A DNA stretch of 64,000 bases from an uncultured candidatus Porisulfidus sp. (GCA_965204575.1 OZ241993.1:1-64000), one strand, 5' to 3'. Positions 28,492 to 40,154 are shown, numbered from the stretch's first letter. Translations and numbers: made by a program. The notes: generated by a model from the letters alone, not told the origin.

Positions 28492-28870
28492 GCTCGCCCG
28501 CGTACTTCCTGCTGCGGCAGAACGGGACATCACCGCCCGTCGCGGCATGGCAGACACAGATGTTTTTGCTGGCGAGATCTTCGGTTTCCATGTGCGGCAA
28601 GCTGCCGAGAAGCTCCTCAAGGCCAGCCTCTCTTTGCTGGAAGACCCCTATCCGGCAACCCACGACTTGACGCGACTTCTGGAGTGGCTTAAAGCCCACC
28701 AGCCGGAAGCGGGAAGCCGTTTCGGCGACCGGGTCGCGTATAACCCTTACGCCGTTCAACTTCGCTATAGTGTTGGCGACCCTGGTCTGGCTCCACCGGA
28801 CCGAAAGGCTGCCACACAAGTCCCCCAGGTTTTTTCCGCACGGAGCCGGAAGAACGTAGCAGAAAATTAA
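28478..28870 (+). CDS. HEPN-domain protein, possibly degenerate
   Basis: FHVRQAAEKLLKA, THDL, YAVQLRY; overlaps MNT gene. Confidence 0.75.
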   Translation: MSDLKLARVLPAAAERDITARRGMADTDVFAGEIFGFHVRQAAEKLLKASLSLLEDPYPATHDLTRLLEWLKAHQPEAGSRFGDRVAYNPYAVQLRYSVGDPGLAPPDRKAATQVPQVFSARSRKNVAEN

Positions 28871-28937
28871 TTCCCGCCAAACCTTTGCCACTGAAATGTC
28901 TCCCGACCCAGCCGCCATGCCCGGCGGCCCGCCCAGC

Positions 28938-29912
28938 ATGGCCCTGAATCAGATTCGCGCACTGGTCGCTGACGACCTCGCCGCGGTAGACCGCCTGTTG
29001 CGCGAACAGTCGCGCTCCGAGGTCAGCCTGGCGAACCAGGTCGCCCAATACATCATCGAGGCCGGCGGCAAACGCCTTCGGGCCGTCCTCGTGCTCCTGT
29101 GCGGCCGCGCGCTGGGTGGACTGCGCTGCCCGGATTCCACCATCATGCTGGCGGCGGTCATCGAATTCATCCATACCGCCACCCTGCTGCACGACGACGT
29201 GGTGGACGACTCGGAAATCCGGCGGGGCCGGAAGACGGCGAACAAGGTCTGGGGCAACGAGGCCAGCGTGCTCGGCGGAGATTTCTTCTATTCCCGCGCC
29301 TTCGGCATGATCTCCGAGATCGACCAGTCCGAAGTCACCCGGACCCTGGCCCACGCCTCCAATGCGATCGCAGAAGGCGAACTGCTGGAACTGATGCATG
29401 CCGGCCACGTCGAACTGGACGAAGAGCAGTACCTGACCATCATCGAAGGAAAAACAGCCAAGCTGTTCGAAGCCTCCTGCGAAGCGGCCGCCCGCATCGA
29501 GGAAGCGAGCGATGAACGTACCCGGGAACTGGCCCACTTCGGCCGTCTGCTTGGCGCGGCCTTCCAGATTGCGGATGATGCCATCGATTACATGGAGGAC
29601 AACCCGGAAGCGGACAAGAGCGTCGGCGATGACCTCGCCGGCGGACGCCTGACCCTGCCCTACATCTACGCCCTTCGCGAAGCCCCGGAAGAAGATCGGG
29701 AATTCCTTTGCCGCGTAATCCAGTCGGGCAAACGCGAACACATCGGGGAAGTCTGCGAAATTATGCGCCGGTCCGGAGCAATCGACTATGCCCGGAAACG
29801 GGCCTGGGAATTCGCGCAGCGAGCCCAAAGCCACCTGGACACCCTGGATCCCTCTCCATGGCGGGATGCGCTGGAAGGCGTGACTGAATTTTCAGTCTCC
29901 CGAAAGTATTAA
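28938..29912 (+). CDS. ispB: Polyprenyl (octaprenyl) diphosphate synthase
   Basis: GGKRLR, HTATLLHDDVVD...RRG, KTAKLF, FQIADD; start may be 28896. Confidence 0.9.
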   Translation: MALNQIRALVADDLAAVDRLLREQSRSEVSLANQVAQYIIEAGGKRLRAVLVLLCGRALGGLRCPDSTIMLAAVIEFIHTATLLHDDVVDDSEIRRGRKTANKVWGNEASVLGGDFFYSRAFGMISEIDQSEVTRTLAHASNAIAEGELLELMHAGHVELDEEQYLTIIEGKTAKLFEASCEAAARIEEASDERTRELAHFGRLLGAAFQIADDAIDYMEDNPEADKSVGDDLAGGRLTLPYIYALREAPEEDREFLCRVIQSGKREHIGEVCEIMRRSGAIDYARKRAWEFAQRAQSHLDTLDPSPWRDALEGVTEFSVSRKY

Positions 29913-29948
29913 GGCGAGGGTCCACACCCCCTACCCGTCATTTCTTCC

Positions 29949-30353
29949 CTAGTGTTCGGCGGGATTAATTTGCCGTATCGGCCCGGGGTAATTCGCGGCG
30001 ATTCTATCCGTGGTCAAAAGAGTCAGCCCTTCGGCTTGAGCCTGTGCCACCAAAACTCGATCAAATGGGTCCTTATGTATTGGAGGAAGCGCACTCACTG
30101 CAGCCGCATGGTTGCCCGCTACAACCAATTCCAGATAATCGTTCTCCAACAAATGCCGACGCAATAGGAAAGGGTCTACTTTGAAGTCCGTACGCTCCTT
30201 GCTGCTTTTGATCGCAACCTCCCAAATGGATGCCGCACTGAAGAACACCTGGTTGTCCTGATCCTCAATCAGCGCACGTACGGAAGCTGGCAGCGATTTC
30301 GACTCTCCCGCTGCCACCCAAAGCAGGACATGGGTATCCAGAAGCAGTTTCAC
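29949..30353 (-). CDS. vapC: VapC PIN-domain toxin
   Basis: LLLDTHVLLW, SAASIWE, HKDPFDR. Confidence 0.92.
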   Translation of the reverse strand: MKLLLDTHVLLWVAAGESKSLPASVRALIEDQDNQVFFSAASIWEVAIKSSKERTDFKVDPFLLRRHLLENDYLELVVAGNHAAAVSALPPIHKDPFDRVLVAQAQAEGLTLLTTDRIAANYPGPIRQINPAEH

Positions 30354-30604
30354 TTGCTGCCGTCCTCGCCCTCGAACAGGGCTACGATTTCTTCAGAATA
30401 CATGCGGTCGAAATCATCCGGGATCTCAATCTGCCCGCTCATGAAACCGACCCTGCGCTTCGCCTTGGACTCCGGGGCCGTCACTGCCGTAACCCTGACC
30501 ATGGGCGTGCCCGAAATCGCAATAATGAAAGGCTCACCATCTACCGCGGCCTTGACGAGACGCGAAAGATGGGTTTTTGCTTCGTGCATGTTGACCGTGC
30601 GCAT
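30350..30604 (-). CDS. Phd/YefM antitoxin
   Basis: VNMHEAKTHLSRLV, IPDDFD. Confidence 0.9.
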   Translation of the reverse strand: MRTVNMHEAKTHLSRLVKAAVDGEPFIIAISGTPMVRVTAVTAPESKAKRRVGFMSGQIEIPDDFDRMYSEEIVALFEGEDGSK

Positions 30605-30719
30605 GTCATACTCTCAAACTTGGTTTAGTTAGTTTAGTCTATTTTTCAGGGATTGTGAAATCTGCGCTGAGCCTGGTATTTTCAAAGTCCCATACTAATT
30701 CACTGTTAAAGTAGGCAAC

Positions 30720-32816
30720 ATGGCTTATAAGAAAGACTTAATCCAGCGCTATAACTGTCGCGAAATCTCGCAATTGCAGTTCAACCTGCGGGTCGTCATG
30801 CAGGGGGCGGACAAGAGCACGCCGGTACTGGAGCGCCTGCGCTTCCTGTGCATCGCCAGCCGCAACCTGGACGAGTTCTTCGAGGTCCGGGTCGCCGCCC
30901 TGCACCAGCTGGTCAAGTACGGCACCGAGGCGCAAAGCGGCGAAGGCCTGACCGCCCAGGAGATCCTCGCCGAAATCTCCAGGCAGGCCCACGCCATCGT
31001 CAAGCTCCAGTACCGCCTGCTGCAGAGAAGCGTATTGACCGCGCTGCGCAAACGCGACATCTGCTTCCTGCGCCGCCACGAATGGGACAAGGCCCAGCGG
31101 CAGTGGATCCGCCAGTACTTCCGCCGCAACATCCTGCCCATCCTCTCCCCGCTCGGACTGGACAGCCGCCACCCGTTCCCGCGCGTGCAGAACAAGAGCC
31201 TCAACTTCATGGTCAAGCTCGCCGGCAAGGACGCCTACGGCCGAAGCACCGAATACGCGGTCGTCACCGCGCCGCGCTCCCTGCCCCGCATCGTGCGCCT
31301 GCCGGACGAGGTCGGCAACAAGCGCGACAGCTACGTCTTCCTCTCCTCGATCATCCACGACAACCTTGAGGACCTGTTCCCCGGCCTCAAGATCAAGGGC
31401 TGCCACCAGTTCCGCGTCACCATGGACAGCAACCTGTTCTACGACGAGGAAGAGGTGGAGAGCCTGCGCGACGTCCTCGCCGGCGTGCTGCCGGAGCGCC
31501 AGTACGGCGAAGCCGTGCGCCTGGAAGTCGTCAACGACTGCCCGCGCGACATCATCCGCTTCCTGCGCGAGCAGTACCGGCTCGACGCCGGCAGCGTCTA
31601 CGAAGTCAACGGGCCGGTCAACCTGTACCGCCTGATGAACTTCCCGGAATTGATCGACCGCCCCGACCTGCGCTACCCGCCCTACCGCCCGAAGACACCC
31701 AAGGCGTTCCAGGGCCTGCCGCCCTCGGGAAACCTGTTCGACTTGCTCGACCGGCAGGATGTCCTGCTGCATCACCCGTTCAATTCGTTCAAGTGGACGA
31801 TCCGGTTCCTGCGCGAAGCCGCGGCGGACCCCAAGGTGGTCGCCATCAAGCAGACGATCTACCGGACCGGGCTGGAGTCCGACCTGACGGATATCCTGGA
31901 GTCGGCGGCCCGGTCAGGCAAGGAAGTCACCGTGATCATCGAACTGAGCGCGCGTTTCGACGAGGAAGCCAACATCCAGTTGGCCCAGCGGCTGGAACAG
32001 GCCGGGGCCCAGGTGCTGTACGGCGTGGTCGGCCACAAGACCCATGCCAAGATGATGCTGGTGGTCCGCCAGGACCAAGACGGCCTGCGCCGCTACGCAC
32101 ACCTCGGCACGGGCAACTACCACCCGGTCACGACCCGCCTGTACACCGACTACGCCCTGCTGACATCCAACCAGGACCTGTGCGAGGACGTGCACAAGAT
32201 CTTCCTCCAGGTGGCCAGCCTCGGGCGCGCGCCCAAGCTCAGCCTGATGTACCAGTCGCCGCTGACCCTGGGCAAGGGAATCATCCGGAAGATCCTGGCG
32301 GCCGCCGAGCAGGCCCGCAAGGGGGAAACGGCGATCATCTACGCCAAGATGAATGCGCTGACCGAATACGGCGTCGTCGACGCCCTCTACGAGGCTTCCC
32401 AGGCCGGGGTCACCATCGACCTCCTGGTGCGCGGCGAATGCCGGCTGCGCCCCGGCGTCAAGGGCCTCTCGGAAAACATCCGCGTCCGCTCCATCGTCGG
32501 GCGCTTCCTGGAGCACACCCGGGTGTTCTACTTCCGTTCCGGAGAGGACGAGGAAATGTACCTCTCCAGCGCCGACTGGATGACCCGGAACATCCACCGC
32601 CGCGTGGAAACCATGTTCCCGGTACTGGACGAGGGCATCAAGAAGCGGGTCATGCGGGAGATTTTCGAGACTTACTCTGCGGACAACTGCCAGAGTTGGC
32701 AACTGGAGCCTGACGGCACCTACACCAAGACCCCCATCGGCCGCGGGCACAAGCGGTTCGCCGCGCAGGAAGCGCTGATGGCCATGCACGGAGAGATAGA
32801 TGACACCCACGTATAG
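30720..32816 (+). CDS. ppk1: Polyphosphate kinase 1
   Basis: NLDEFFEVRVA, HPFP, LLHHP, ARFDEEANI, KTHAK, GRFLEH, SSADWM. Confidence 0.97.
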   Translation: MAYKKDLIQRYNCREISQLQFNLRVVMQGADKSTPVLERLRFLCIASRNLDEFFEVRVAALHQLVKYGTEAQSGEGLTAQEILAEISRQAHAIVKLQYRLLQRSVLTALRKRDICFLRRHEWDKAQRQWIRQYFRRNILPILSPLGLDSRHPFPRVQNKSLNFMVKLAGKDAYGRSTEYAVVTAPRSLPRIVRLPDEVGNKRDSYVFLSSIIHDNLEDLFPGLKIKGCHQFRVTMDSNLFYDEEEVESLRDVLAGVLPERQYGEAVRLEVVNDCPRDIIRFLREQYRLDAGSVYEVNGPVNLYRLMNFPELIDRPDLRYPPYRPKTPKAFQGLPPSGNLFDLLDRQDVLLHHPFNSFKWTIRFLREAAADPKVVAIKQTIYRTGLESDLTDILESAARSGKEVTVIIELSARFDEEANIQLAQRLEQAGAQVLYGVVGHKTHAKMMLVVRQDQDGLRRYAHLGTGNYHPVTTRLYTDYALLTSNQDLCEDVHKIFLQVASLGRAPKLSLMYQSPLTLGKGIIRKILAAAEQARKGETAIIYAKMNALTEYGVVDALYEASQAGVTIDLLVRGECRLRPGVKGLSENIRVRSIVGRFLEHTRVFYFRSGEDEEMYLSSADWMTRNIHRRVETMFPVLDEGIKKRVMREIFETYSADNCQSWQLEPDGTYTKTPIGRGHKRFAAQEALMAMHGEIDDTHV

Positions 32817-33729
32817 CGTTCTGGATCTCGGATCCAACAGCTTCCACATGATCTATGCCCGCGTCGAGGAGGACGGGAAAATCGCTATTCTCGACAAGTT
32901 CAAGCAGTACGTCTCGCTCGGGGCCGGCCTCAAGCAAAACGGCGAGATCCGGGAGCGCTACCAGCATGCCGCCGTCAACTGCCTCCGGGAAGCCGCCAAG
33001 GTGATCCGCCGGCAGCAACCCGACTATTTCTCCGCAGTCGCGACCAATGCCTTCCGTTGCCAGAAGGACGACTATTTCAAGAATCTGTGCGAACGCGCGC
33101 TGGGACGCCCGATCCGCGTCCTGAGCAGCGAGGAGGAAGGCGATTACATCTACCGGGGCGTGGTGCAGACCACCCCCCTGTCCGGTCAAGACCACTGCAT
33201 TCTCGACATCGGCGGCAGCAGCACCGAATTCATCCTCGGCAGCGGTGCCCGCGCCAGCTGCATCCTCAGCTGGCAACTCGGCAGCGCCATTCTGACCGAA
33301 CGCTTTTTCGACACCCGCACACTGCGCCCCGCCAACTGGCAGGCTGCGGTCGATTACGCGGATGAAACCATGACGCTGGCCGGCAAGGGCCGCATCCACC
33401 TGCCCGGCATTGAGACGATGTATGGTGCTTCCGGAGCCATCCGCGCCATCAGCAACACCATGATCAAACTGGGCATCAACGACACCGGGACCATTGATGC
33501 AGGGGCAGTGGAAGAGCTGGTCCAAAGCCTGCTGAACATCCGCATCGGCTCTCACTTCAAACACCTGGACCGTTACCGCGTACAGGTTTTCCTGGGCGGG
33601 CTCGCGATCCTGCACGCCATTTTCGAACTGCTGGACGTCCACGACTTGAAGCCGGCCCGAGGGGCGATTCGGGAAGGCGTGCTGCTAGAAATGCACCAGC
33701 AGGCCCTGACTACCGCAAAAGCCGCATAG
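32800..33729 (+). CDS. ppx: Exopolyphosphatase (Ppx/GppA, short form)
   Basis: DLGSNSFHM, VATNAFR, DIGGSSTE, AIREGV. Confidence 0.9.
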   Translation: MTPTYSVLDLGSNSFHMIYARVEEDGKIAILDKFKQYVSLGAGLKQNGEIRERYQHAAVNCLREAAKVIRRQQPDYFSAVATNAFRCQKDDYFKNLCERALGRPIRVLSSEEEGDYIYRGVVQTTPLSGQDHCILDIGGSSTEFILGSGARASCILSWQLGSAILTERFFDTRTLRPANWQAAVDYADETMTLAGKGRIHLPGIETMYGASGAIRAISNTMIKLGINDTGTIDAGAVEELVQSLLNIRIGSHFKHLDRYRVQVFLGGLAILHAIFELLDVHDLKPARGAIREGVLLEMHQQALTTAKAA

Positions 33730-33767
33730 TTCTACAGATGGACCGGTCTCCGTAGCCGAGCTCCGGA

Positions 33768-34049
33768 TCACAGGCTTAATTCACTGTGAGAGCCCAAGCG
33801 GGCCAATTGCAAAGTCTCCGGGTTAGGCTTTCGATAGATGAGTACCAGGTCAGGCATTAGATGACAATCTCGATGACCCTGCCACTGCCCCGCCAAAGCA
33901 TGATCGCGGTAACGCTCATCCAGGGCCTGGTCATTAGCAAGCAGGAACAGTGCTTCAGTCAGAGCGGTGTCAAGCACAGCACGATGCCGACCTTTACGTT
34001 CCCGCTTGTAGTCCAGTTTGAATTTCTTGGCGCGTTCAATCCGGCGCAT
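33768..34049 (-). CDS. yafQ: YafQ family toxin
   Basis: DHALAGQWQGHRDCHLMPDLVLIY, RLGSHSEL. Confidence 0.9.
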   Translation of the reverse strand: MRRIERAKKFKLDYKRERKGRHRAVLDTALTEALFLLANDQALDERYRDHALAGQWQGHRDCHLMPDLVLIYRKPNPETLQLARLGSHSELSL

Positions 34050-34299
34050 TCAGGTCTTCCATTAACGCCTCGATACTTTTGAAAGACTCCACTTTGCCTT
34101 GTAGAACATCACGCATAGCGGCAATAGTCTCCGCATTGGGCACCAATGGATCAAACGGCAACGCTTTTTCAACCGCCACACGGGTCAACATCATCCGGAA
34201 AGCATCAGAAACCGTCAGGCCCATGCTGGCCAATACGATTACGGCCTCATTCTTGATCTCCTCGTTGATGCGAGCGCGAACAACAGCATTTGCAGACAT
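34036..34299 (-). CDS. dinJ: RelB/DinJ antitoxin
   Basis: VVRARI, GLTVSDAFR, LPF..PNAETIAAM; palindrome GGCTA-N5-TAGCC upstream. Confidence 0.9.
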   Translation of the reverse strand: MSANAVVRARINEEIKNEAVIVLASMGLTVSDAFRMMLTRVAVEKALPFDPLVPNAETIAAMRDVLQGKVESFKSIEALMEDLNAPD

Positions 34300-34435
34300 G
34301 GCCTATTCCTCTCTCGCCAAATATGTGGCTATATTGTAGCCCAAAAAATCAGAATTGCAATGAAAATACTCCGGGTTACTTCTGGGCGGAAGCGGGCCGC
34401 AAGGTAAACTATATGCTGCTGGTACAGAGGCAGAC

Positions 34436-34663
34436 ATGAAGCTTACTATCGCCGTCGATAACGAGATTCTTGAACGAGTCCGTGCTCGGGCGAATCGAGA
34501 GAATACGTCCGTGAATATGCTGATCCAAAAATATCTGGAAGAATACGGTGGATCTGGCCAACATCGTGCTGAAACTTGCGAACGATTGTTGGCCTTGTCG
34601 CGGTCCAGCCAGTCGCGACGCGGCAATAACAAGTGGACGAGAGAAGAACTTTACGAGCGTTGA
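34436..34663 (+). CDS. Orphan RHH antitoxin (DUF6364-like)
   Basis: MKLTIAVD...SVN...KWTREELYER; no toxin follows. Confidence 0.7.
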   Translation: MKLTIAVDNEILERVRARANRENTSVNMLIQKYLEEYGGSGQHRAETCERLLALSRSSQSRRGNNKWTREELYER

Positions 34664-34766
34664 GCCAAAGCTAATATAGAAATTAGTTCGACGAAAACAA
34701 AAAAATCCACGACACTCTAGTCTTTATAATCAGCAGCGCAACAAAGCTGCCCACTCCGAATCCAAC

Positions 34767-36452
34767 ATGCCCCGCCTGCCGCGCCCGCATTCCAGCGTGA
34801 TCGTCGACGGACTGGAACGGGCTCCTGCCCGCTCCATGCTTCGTGCCGTTGGTTTCAGCGACGGCGACTTCCGCCGCCCCCAGATCGGCATCGCTTCCAC
34901 CTGGAGCGAAGTGACGCCTTGCAACATGCACATCGACCGGCTGGCCCGCCAAGCGGCCGCAGGTGCCAACCAGGCTGGCGGCAAGTCCGTCACCTTCAAC
35001 ACCATCACCATATCCGATGGCATCTCCATGGGCACCGAGGGCATGAAATATTCCCTGGTCTCCCGGGAACTGATCGCCGACAGCATCGAAGCGGTAACCG
35101 CCGGAGAAGGTTTCGACGCACTGGTGGCGATCGGCGGCTGCGACAAGAACATGCCGGGCTGTCTGATGGCGATCGCGCGACTCAATCGTCCGGCCGTGTT
35201 CGTTTATGGCGGGACTATCGCCCCCGGACGGCACCATGGAAAGAACATCGACATCGTCTCGGTATTCGAAGCAGTCGGGGAACGCGCCAAGGGCAAGATT
35301 TCCGGGAAGGAATTGACCTCGATTGAATCCTGCGCCATTCCCGGGGCTGGTTCGTGCGGTGGCATGTACACCGCCAACACCATGGCCTCGGCAATCGAAG
35401 CGCTGGGCATGAGCCTGCCCGGCAGTTCGGCACAGATGGCAACCTCCAAGGCCAAGCGCGAAGACTGCCGCCAGGCTGGCGAAATGGCAGTCCAGTTGCT
35501 GAAACTCGGTGTCACTCCGCGCGACATCATGACGCGCAAGGCCTTCCTCAACGCCATCGCCGTAGCAACCGCTCTGGGCGGCTCCACCAATGTCGTCCTG
35601 CATCTGCTGGCCATGGCCCGCTCCATGGGCGTGCGGCTTTCACTGGACGATTTCGCGCGGGTCGGCCGCAAGGTGCCCGTGGTCGCGGACCTGCGCCCGT
35701 CCGGCCGCTACATGATGTCGGAACTGGTCCGGATTGGAGGGATTCGCCCCCTGATGAAACGCCTACTGGACGCCGGGCTCCTGCACGGAGACTGTCGGAC
35801 GGTCACCGGGCGCACCATGGCCGAAGATCTCGACAAAACGCCGGACTACCCGGAAAACCAGAAGATCATCCTCCCGTTTTCCGACCCGATCAAGCCGGAC
35901 GGCCACCTGGTCATCCTGCGCGGAAACCTGGCGCCCGAGGGCGCCGTGGCCAAGATCTCCGGCAAGGAGGGTTCCACCTTCGCCGGACGAGCCCGCGTGT
36001 TCGACTCCGAGGAACGGGCCCTGCGCGCCATCCTTGACGGCTCCATCCGTGCCGGCGACATAGTGGTGATCCGCTACGAAGGCCCCCGCGGCGGACCTGG
36101 CATGCGCGAGATGCTCGCCCCGACTTCCGCCATCATGGGTCGCGGGCTCGGCAGCGACGTGGCCCTGATTACCGATGGACGCTTTTCCGGCGGTTCACAC
36201 GGATTTGTGATCGGGCACATCACTCCAGAGGCTGCCGTCGGTGGCCCATTAGCCCTAGTGAAAAACGGTGACCGCATCGCCATCGACGCCACGCGCCGGG
36301 AAATCACGCTGAAGGTGCCGAAAAGGGAACTCGACCGACGCCGGAAAGCCTTGAAGCCGCGCCGCCCACGCTACCGCACCGGTGTGCTCGCAAAATACGC
36401 GCGCAGCGTACGTTCAGCCTCGGAAGGCGCAGTCACCGACGTGCCGGACTGA
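34767..36452 (+). CDS. ilvD: Dihydroxy-acid dehydratase
   Basis: [41 protein letters not shown]. Confidence 0.97.
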   Translation: MPRLPRPHSSVIVDGLERAPARSMLRAVGFSDGDFRRPQIGIASTWSEVTPCNMHIDRLARQAAAGANQAGGKSVTFNTITISDGISMGTEGMKYSLVSRELIADSIEAVTAGEGFDALVAIGGCDKNMPGCLMAIARLNRPAVFVYGGTIAPGRHHGKNIDIVSVFEAVGERAKGKISGKELTSIESCAIPGAGSCGGMYTANTMASAIEALGMSLPGSSAQMATSKAKREDCRQAGEMAVQLLKLGVTPRDIMTRKAFLNAIAVATALGGSTNVVLHLLAMARSMGVRLSLDDFARVGRKVPVVADLRPSGRYMMSELVRIGGIRPLMKRLLDAGLLHGDCRTVTGRTMAEDLDKTPDYPENQKIILPFSDPIKPDGHLVILRGNLAPEGAVAKISGKEGSTFAGRARVFDSEERALRAILDGSIRAGDIVVIRYEGPRGGPGMREMLAPTSAIMGRGLGSDVALITDGRFSGGSHGFVIGHITPEAAVGGPLALVKNGDRIAIDATRREITLKVPKRELDRRRKALKPRRPRYRTGVLAKYARSVRSASEGAVTDVPD

Positions 36453-36782
36453 ATTCCCTCCTGATTCTCACCCGGTCCTCCAATACTGACTTTAAATCAG
36501 TCGGTAGTTTGAATTTAAATTGGTCGGAAATGGTTTCCTGGATATTCGTTCTGCAGTCCAGAATCTGTACATGCCTGAGTAAAATCATCTTATATCATTG
36601 TTAAAAAAGTAATTTACTAGATTTATCTCCAACATGACTCCTGCAAATAAATCCCTTGGCTCCATACGGAAAACTCGTTTATATTCTTCGCTGAAATGAG
36701 CAAATGCAAGCCAGAATTTAAATTAGCCAATACCTTTACATAATATTCCAGACTGCCCCCCTTTACGAAGTAACTCAATATT

Positions 36783-36791
36783 ATTTCTAAT
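36783..36791 (+). other. Putative recombination site, porin copy 4
   Basis: tATTTCTAATCGC; homology to copy 3 starts here. Confidence 0.6.
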
Positions 36792-36847
36792 CGCCATGGC
36801 TTTGATTGTAGCACCGTTCGGTGCGCAAGCAGAGACGTGGAACATTT

Positions 36848-38195
36848 GGGTCTTCACGGAATTGTGTGGAACGGAGGTCTCGGATACAGGTCGAGTCCGC
36901 CCAAGTGAAAGTAGATGGCTTCACGGAAGCGCTCGCGGCTGCGGTAGCCGCAGGCTTGGCGTTTGATCCACTGCACTTTCGCGTTGATGGATTCCGACAG
37001 GGCATTGCTGATGCCCAGCACGGCGGCGTTCAGGATCTCTTCCACATGCTTCCAGATCGTCTCCGCCGCCTTGATCACCGGGGCCAGCCGCGAGCGTTTC
37101 GCCGCCTGATGCCAGGCTTCCCAGGCGTAGTAGGCCAGGGTCCGGTCGCGCAACGCCCAGATCTCCGCCGCCCGTTCCTTCAGGATCCAGGCCCGGGCCA
37201 CCTTCAGGTCCTCCTTGCGTAACGCTTCCAGACGCTGGCGCCGGGCCGGGCCCATCCGCTCCTCGGTCATCAGCCAGTCGAAACGGGTGCCCGCCAGGCG
37301 GGCATCGCCTTGCGCCAGCAACCTCTTGTGCTCCGCCCGGCGCACCTGGTCCACCGCCTGGTTGAGCAGGCTCACCACATGGAAGCGGTCGATGCAGATG
37401 TCGGCCTGGGTGTACTTCAGGGTCGCCGCGATGTAGGCCGGCGCCAGATCCATCGCGGCCGTCTCAACCTGCGCGCAGGCGGCGTCGCCCAACTCTCTGA
37501 AAAACGGCTCCACCGCTGCCTGATCCTTGCGGTCTCCCACATACAGCACCACCCCCTTGCGCCCGGACGCCGGCTTCTGATCGACCACGATCGAGACATA
37601 TTCATGCCGCTTCTGGAACGAGGTCTCGTCGATGCCGATCCGCTTCGGTGCCTGCGGCCCGCGTCGCGCCAATCCGCGCCGCACCGCCCGCGAGCGGATG
37701 CCGTCCGCCTGATGCCAGCTCAGCCCCCACTTCTGCGCCACCGCCCGCAGCGGCATCGCCAGCAGGTCCTCGATCACCTCCGTCTCGAAGCGCATCGTGA
37801 AACGACCGTGGGACTCCGCCCACGGCACCGCGATCTGCCGAATCCCGTGCTCCGGGCAGTTCGCCCGCGGCACCTCGGCCCGCAAGGTCGTGCGCCAACC
37901 CATCAAATCCAGGTCCCGCCACTCCCGCGCCTTCGTGTCGTGCCGCTTGCACAAGGTCCCGCATTCCGGACACGGCACCAGGCTCTTCGCCTGATAGGCC
38001 AACTCGATCGTGACGCGCCCCGGGCTGCGATCCTCGCCTCCTTCCCGACAGGACACCGAGACCACCTCCCACGGCGGATGCAGAAACATCAGCATCTCGC
38101 AAAACTTGTTCACTGCTTCCATCAGACCACACTCCAGACTAAAACGCGGAAGCATTATCCCTGACCCTCTATTCCACACAAAACCGTGATGCGCC
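36848..38195 (-). mobile_element. ISL3-family element, 1348 bp
   Basis: 24-bp imperfect terminal IRs (19/24) and 8-bp TSD GAACATTT at 36840-7 and 38196-203. Confidence 0.93.
36854..38122 (-). CDS. ISL3 transposase
   Basis: CPECG zinc finger, RIGIDETS, AMDL, DRFHV, SESINAKV...GYRS. Confidence 0.95.
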   Translation of the reverse strand: MEAVNKFCEMLMFLHPPWEVVSVSCREGGEDRSPGRVTIELAYQAKSLVPCPECGTLCKRHDTKAREWRDLDLMGWRTTLRAEVPRANCPEHGIRQIAVPWAESHGRFTMRFETEVIEDLLAMPLRAVAQKWGLSWHQADGIRSRAVRRGLARRGPQAPKRIGIDETSFQKRHEYVSIVVDQKPASGRKGVVLYVGDRKDQAAVEPFFRELGDAACAQVETAAMDLAPAYIAATLKYTQADICIDRFHVVSLLNQAVDQVRRAEHKRLLAQGDARLAGTRFDWLMTEERMGPARRQRLEALRKEDLKVARAWILKERAAEIWALRDRTLAYYAWEAWHQAAKRSRLAPVIKAAETIWKHVEEILNAAVLGISNALSESINAKVQWIKRQACGYRSRERFREAIYFHLGGLDLYPRPPFHTIP

Positions 38196-40046
38196 GAACA
38201 TTTATGGTTGGCAGAATCATTCTTGGGAGTTTGTGGATATCGACGGCGGACGCAGCTTCGACCGGATCCAGTCCAACGCGGGCAACATCGGATTCGCGGC
38301 GAGCGTGCCCACCGGCTTCAACGACCTCTCGGTCAACGTCCAGTGCGAGCAGTTCATGTACGTGAACCACTTCGCGGGCGGCACCGGCTGGTGCAACCGC
38401 AACTCCAAGATCGGCCTGTCTCACCCGCAGATGGGTGAGCTGATGCTGGCCACCTGGCTGCTCCCTTACAACGAGGGCGTGGCGCAGTGGGTCGACCCGT
38501 TCTATGACGCTGGCGCGGACTCGCATACCAGCATCATGGGATCGGTCGGTGCCAATACCATCTTCTACAACACTGGTGACTTCGACTTCCAGGCATCCGG
38601 CTCGAGTCCGGGCTCTGCTCAGACCGAGTTCAACTACCAGGTTGGCGGCTACGACACGGGCTTCAACCGTCGTCAGGAGAACATCATCCAGTACTGGTCT
38701 CCGAACTGGAACGGCTTCGTGTTCCGCTTCGCGTGGACCGCTGGCAACCGCGATGAGACCCCTCACATGGGAGGGGAAATCGACCCGGTAATCCGTTCCT
38801 CAAGCCTGGCCTACACCAACGGCCCAGTGTGGGCGGCGGTGACCTGGCAGGACCACGAGGACTGGACCGCGGCTTCCGTCGGCCAGATGGAGACCTCGGA
38901 CGCGGAGAGCCTGCGCGTGGCCGGCCGCTACATCATGGACATGGGCGGCGGCATGAGCGTTCAGGTCTCGGCGATGTGGGAGACCCTGGAGTACGAGTTC
39001 AACGGCGTGACCAACGTCGATGCGGCCATGACTGCGTTCGGGTACTCCAACTTCGGCACCTACGACCTGTATCACGACGAGAGCAAGATCGGAGCGACTG
39101 AGGCGAGTGGAAGGGCTCCTATGCCGATCGAGCCAACCGAAGACCAAGTCCAAGTCAAGGCTGAGATGACCCTTGAACTTTTCTGGGATCTGTTCACCGA
39201 TGGCGAAGATACCCCGGCGATAAACACTCTCGTCGCTGACTCCGACGGCGCTGCAATCACTGTCCCTGCCCTTCTGTCACCTGCGGCAGACAATCCTCTA
39301 ACGGCCGCGGATGAAAGCAAGACGACCGGTTGTAGTGCTGCCACGGCCGCTGTGGAAATGTGTAATGGCGGTCTCAACGTCTTGGCGGAGCCTGGCGGCA
39401 CCAACGCACTGAGGACTGCGGTCGAAGATCTGAACAATGCCCGTGATATGGATAGCACGACGGATGGTATTCAAGCGCCAGACCTGACAGTGGGTGCAGA
39501 TGCTGGTACCGTTGCCGAGGGTGATAGAGTCGGCGGCACTGTGGCTCAGAGAAACGCCCAGGTCCAGTACCGGCTGCTGGTCGACGCAGCCACAGCCGCT
39601 GCTAAGGCAAAGCTTGGAATGACGGAAGATACCCGTATGCCAGCACGCACTGAAGCAGAGAACAGAGCTGCGATGACTATGGGCCAGAACGTCAAGATCG
39701 AGCGCGACGCCTGGATGGTGTCGGGCAAGATCAAGTTCGGCGGCCCCATCGACTTCCGCTTCTCCTACATGGACGCGGACGACCTCGAGGTCTCCTGCGC
39801 ATCCTGCTCGGGCGACTGGGACGAAACCGCGGCCGACGCCTTCAACGTGGGCATCTTCTACACCATGCCGGCCGGCACGGAACTGCGCCTGACCTACTCC
39901 GAAGTCAACAACGACGACAACGGAACCTACGGTCAGGGCATCTCCGGTACCGGACTGGGTTCGCCTGGTGTGGAGATCGAGATGTTCGCAGTCGGTATCG
40001 TGCACTGGTTCGACTAATCCAGTCAGCCAAGGCACACCTTACAAAG

Positions 40047-40075
40047 CAGGCGCCCTCCGGGGCGCCTGTTTTTTT
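40047..40075 (+). terminator. Porin intrinsic terminator
   Basis: Same hairpin plus T7. Confidence 0.85.
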
Positions 40076-40154
40076 GCAGATGAAGCAGTCATCCAACTGG
40101 CGAGGAGGAGGCTGACAGACAGTGTATGATGCCCGGTATCATTGAGAAAATGTT

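Larger units (their letters stand above)
36784..40017 (+). pseudogene. Porin copy 4, silent cassette interrupted by ISL3
   Basis: FLIAMALIVAPFGAQAETWNI | IS | YGWQNH...GIVHWFD; no SD or MKK. Confidence 0.88.
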
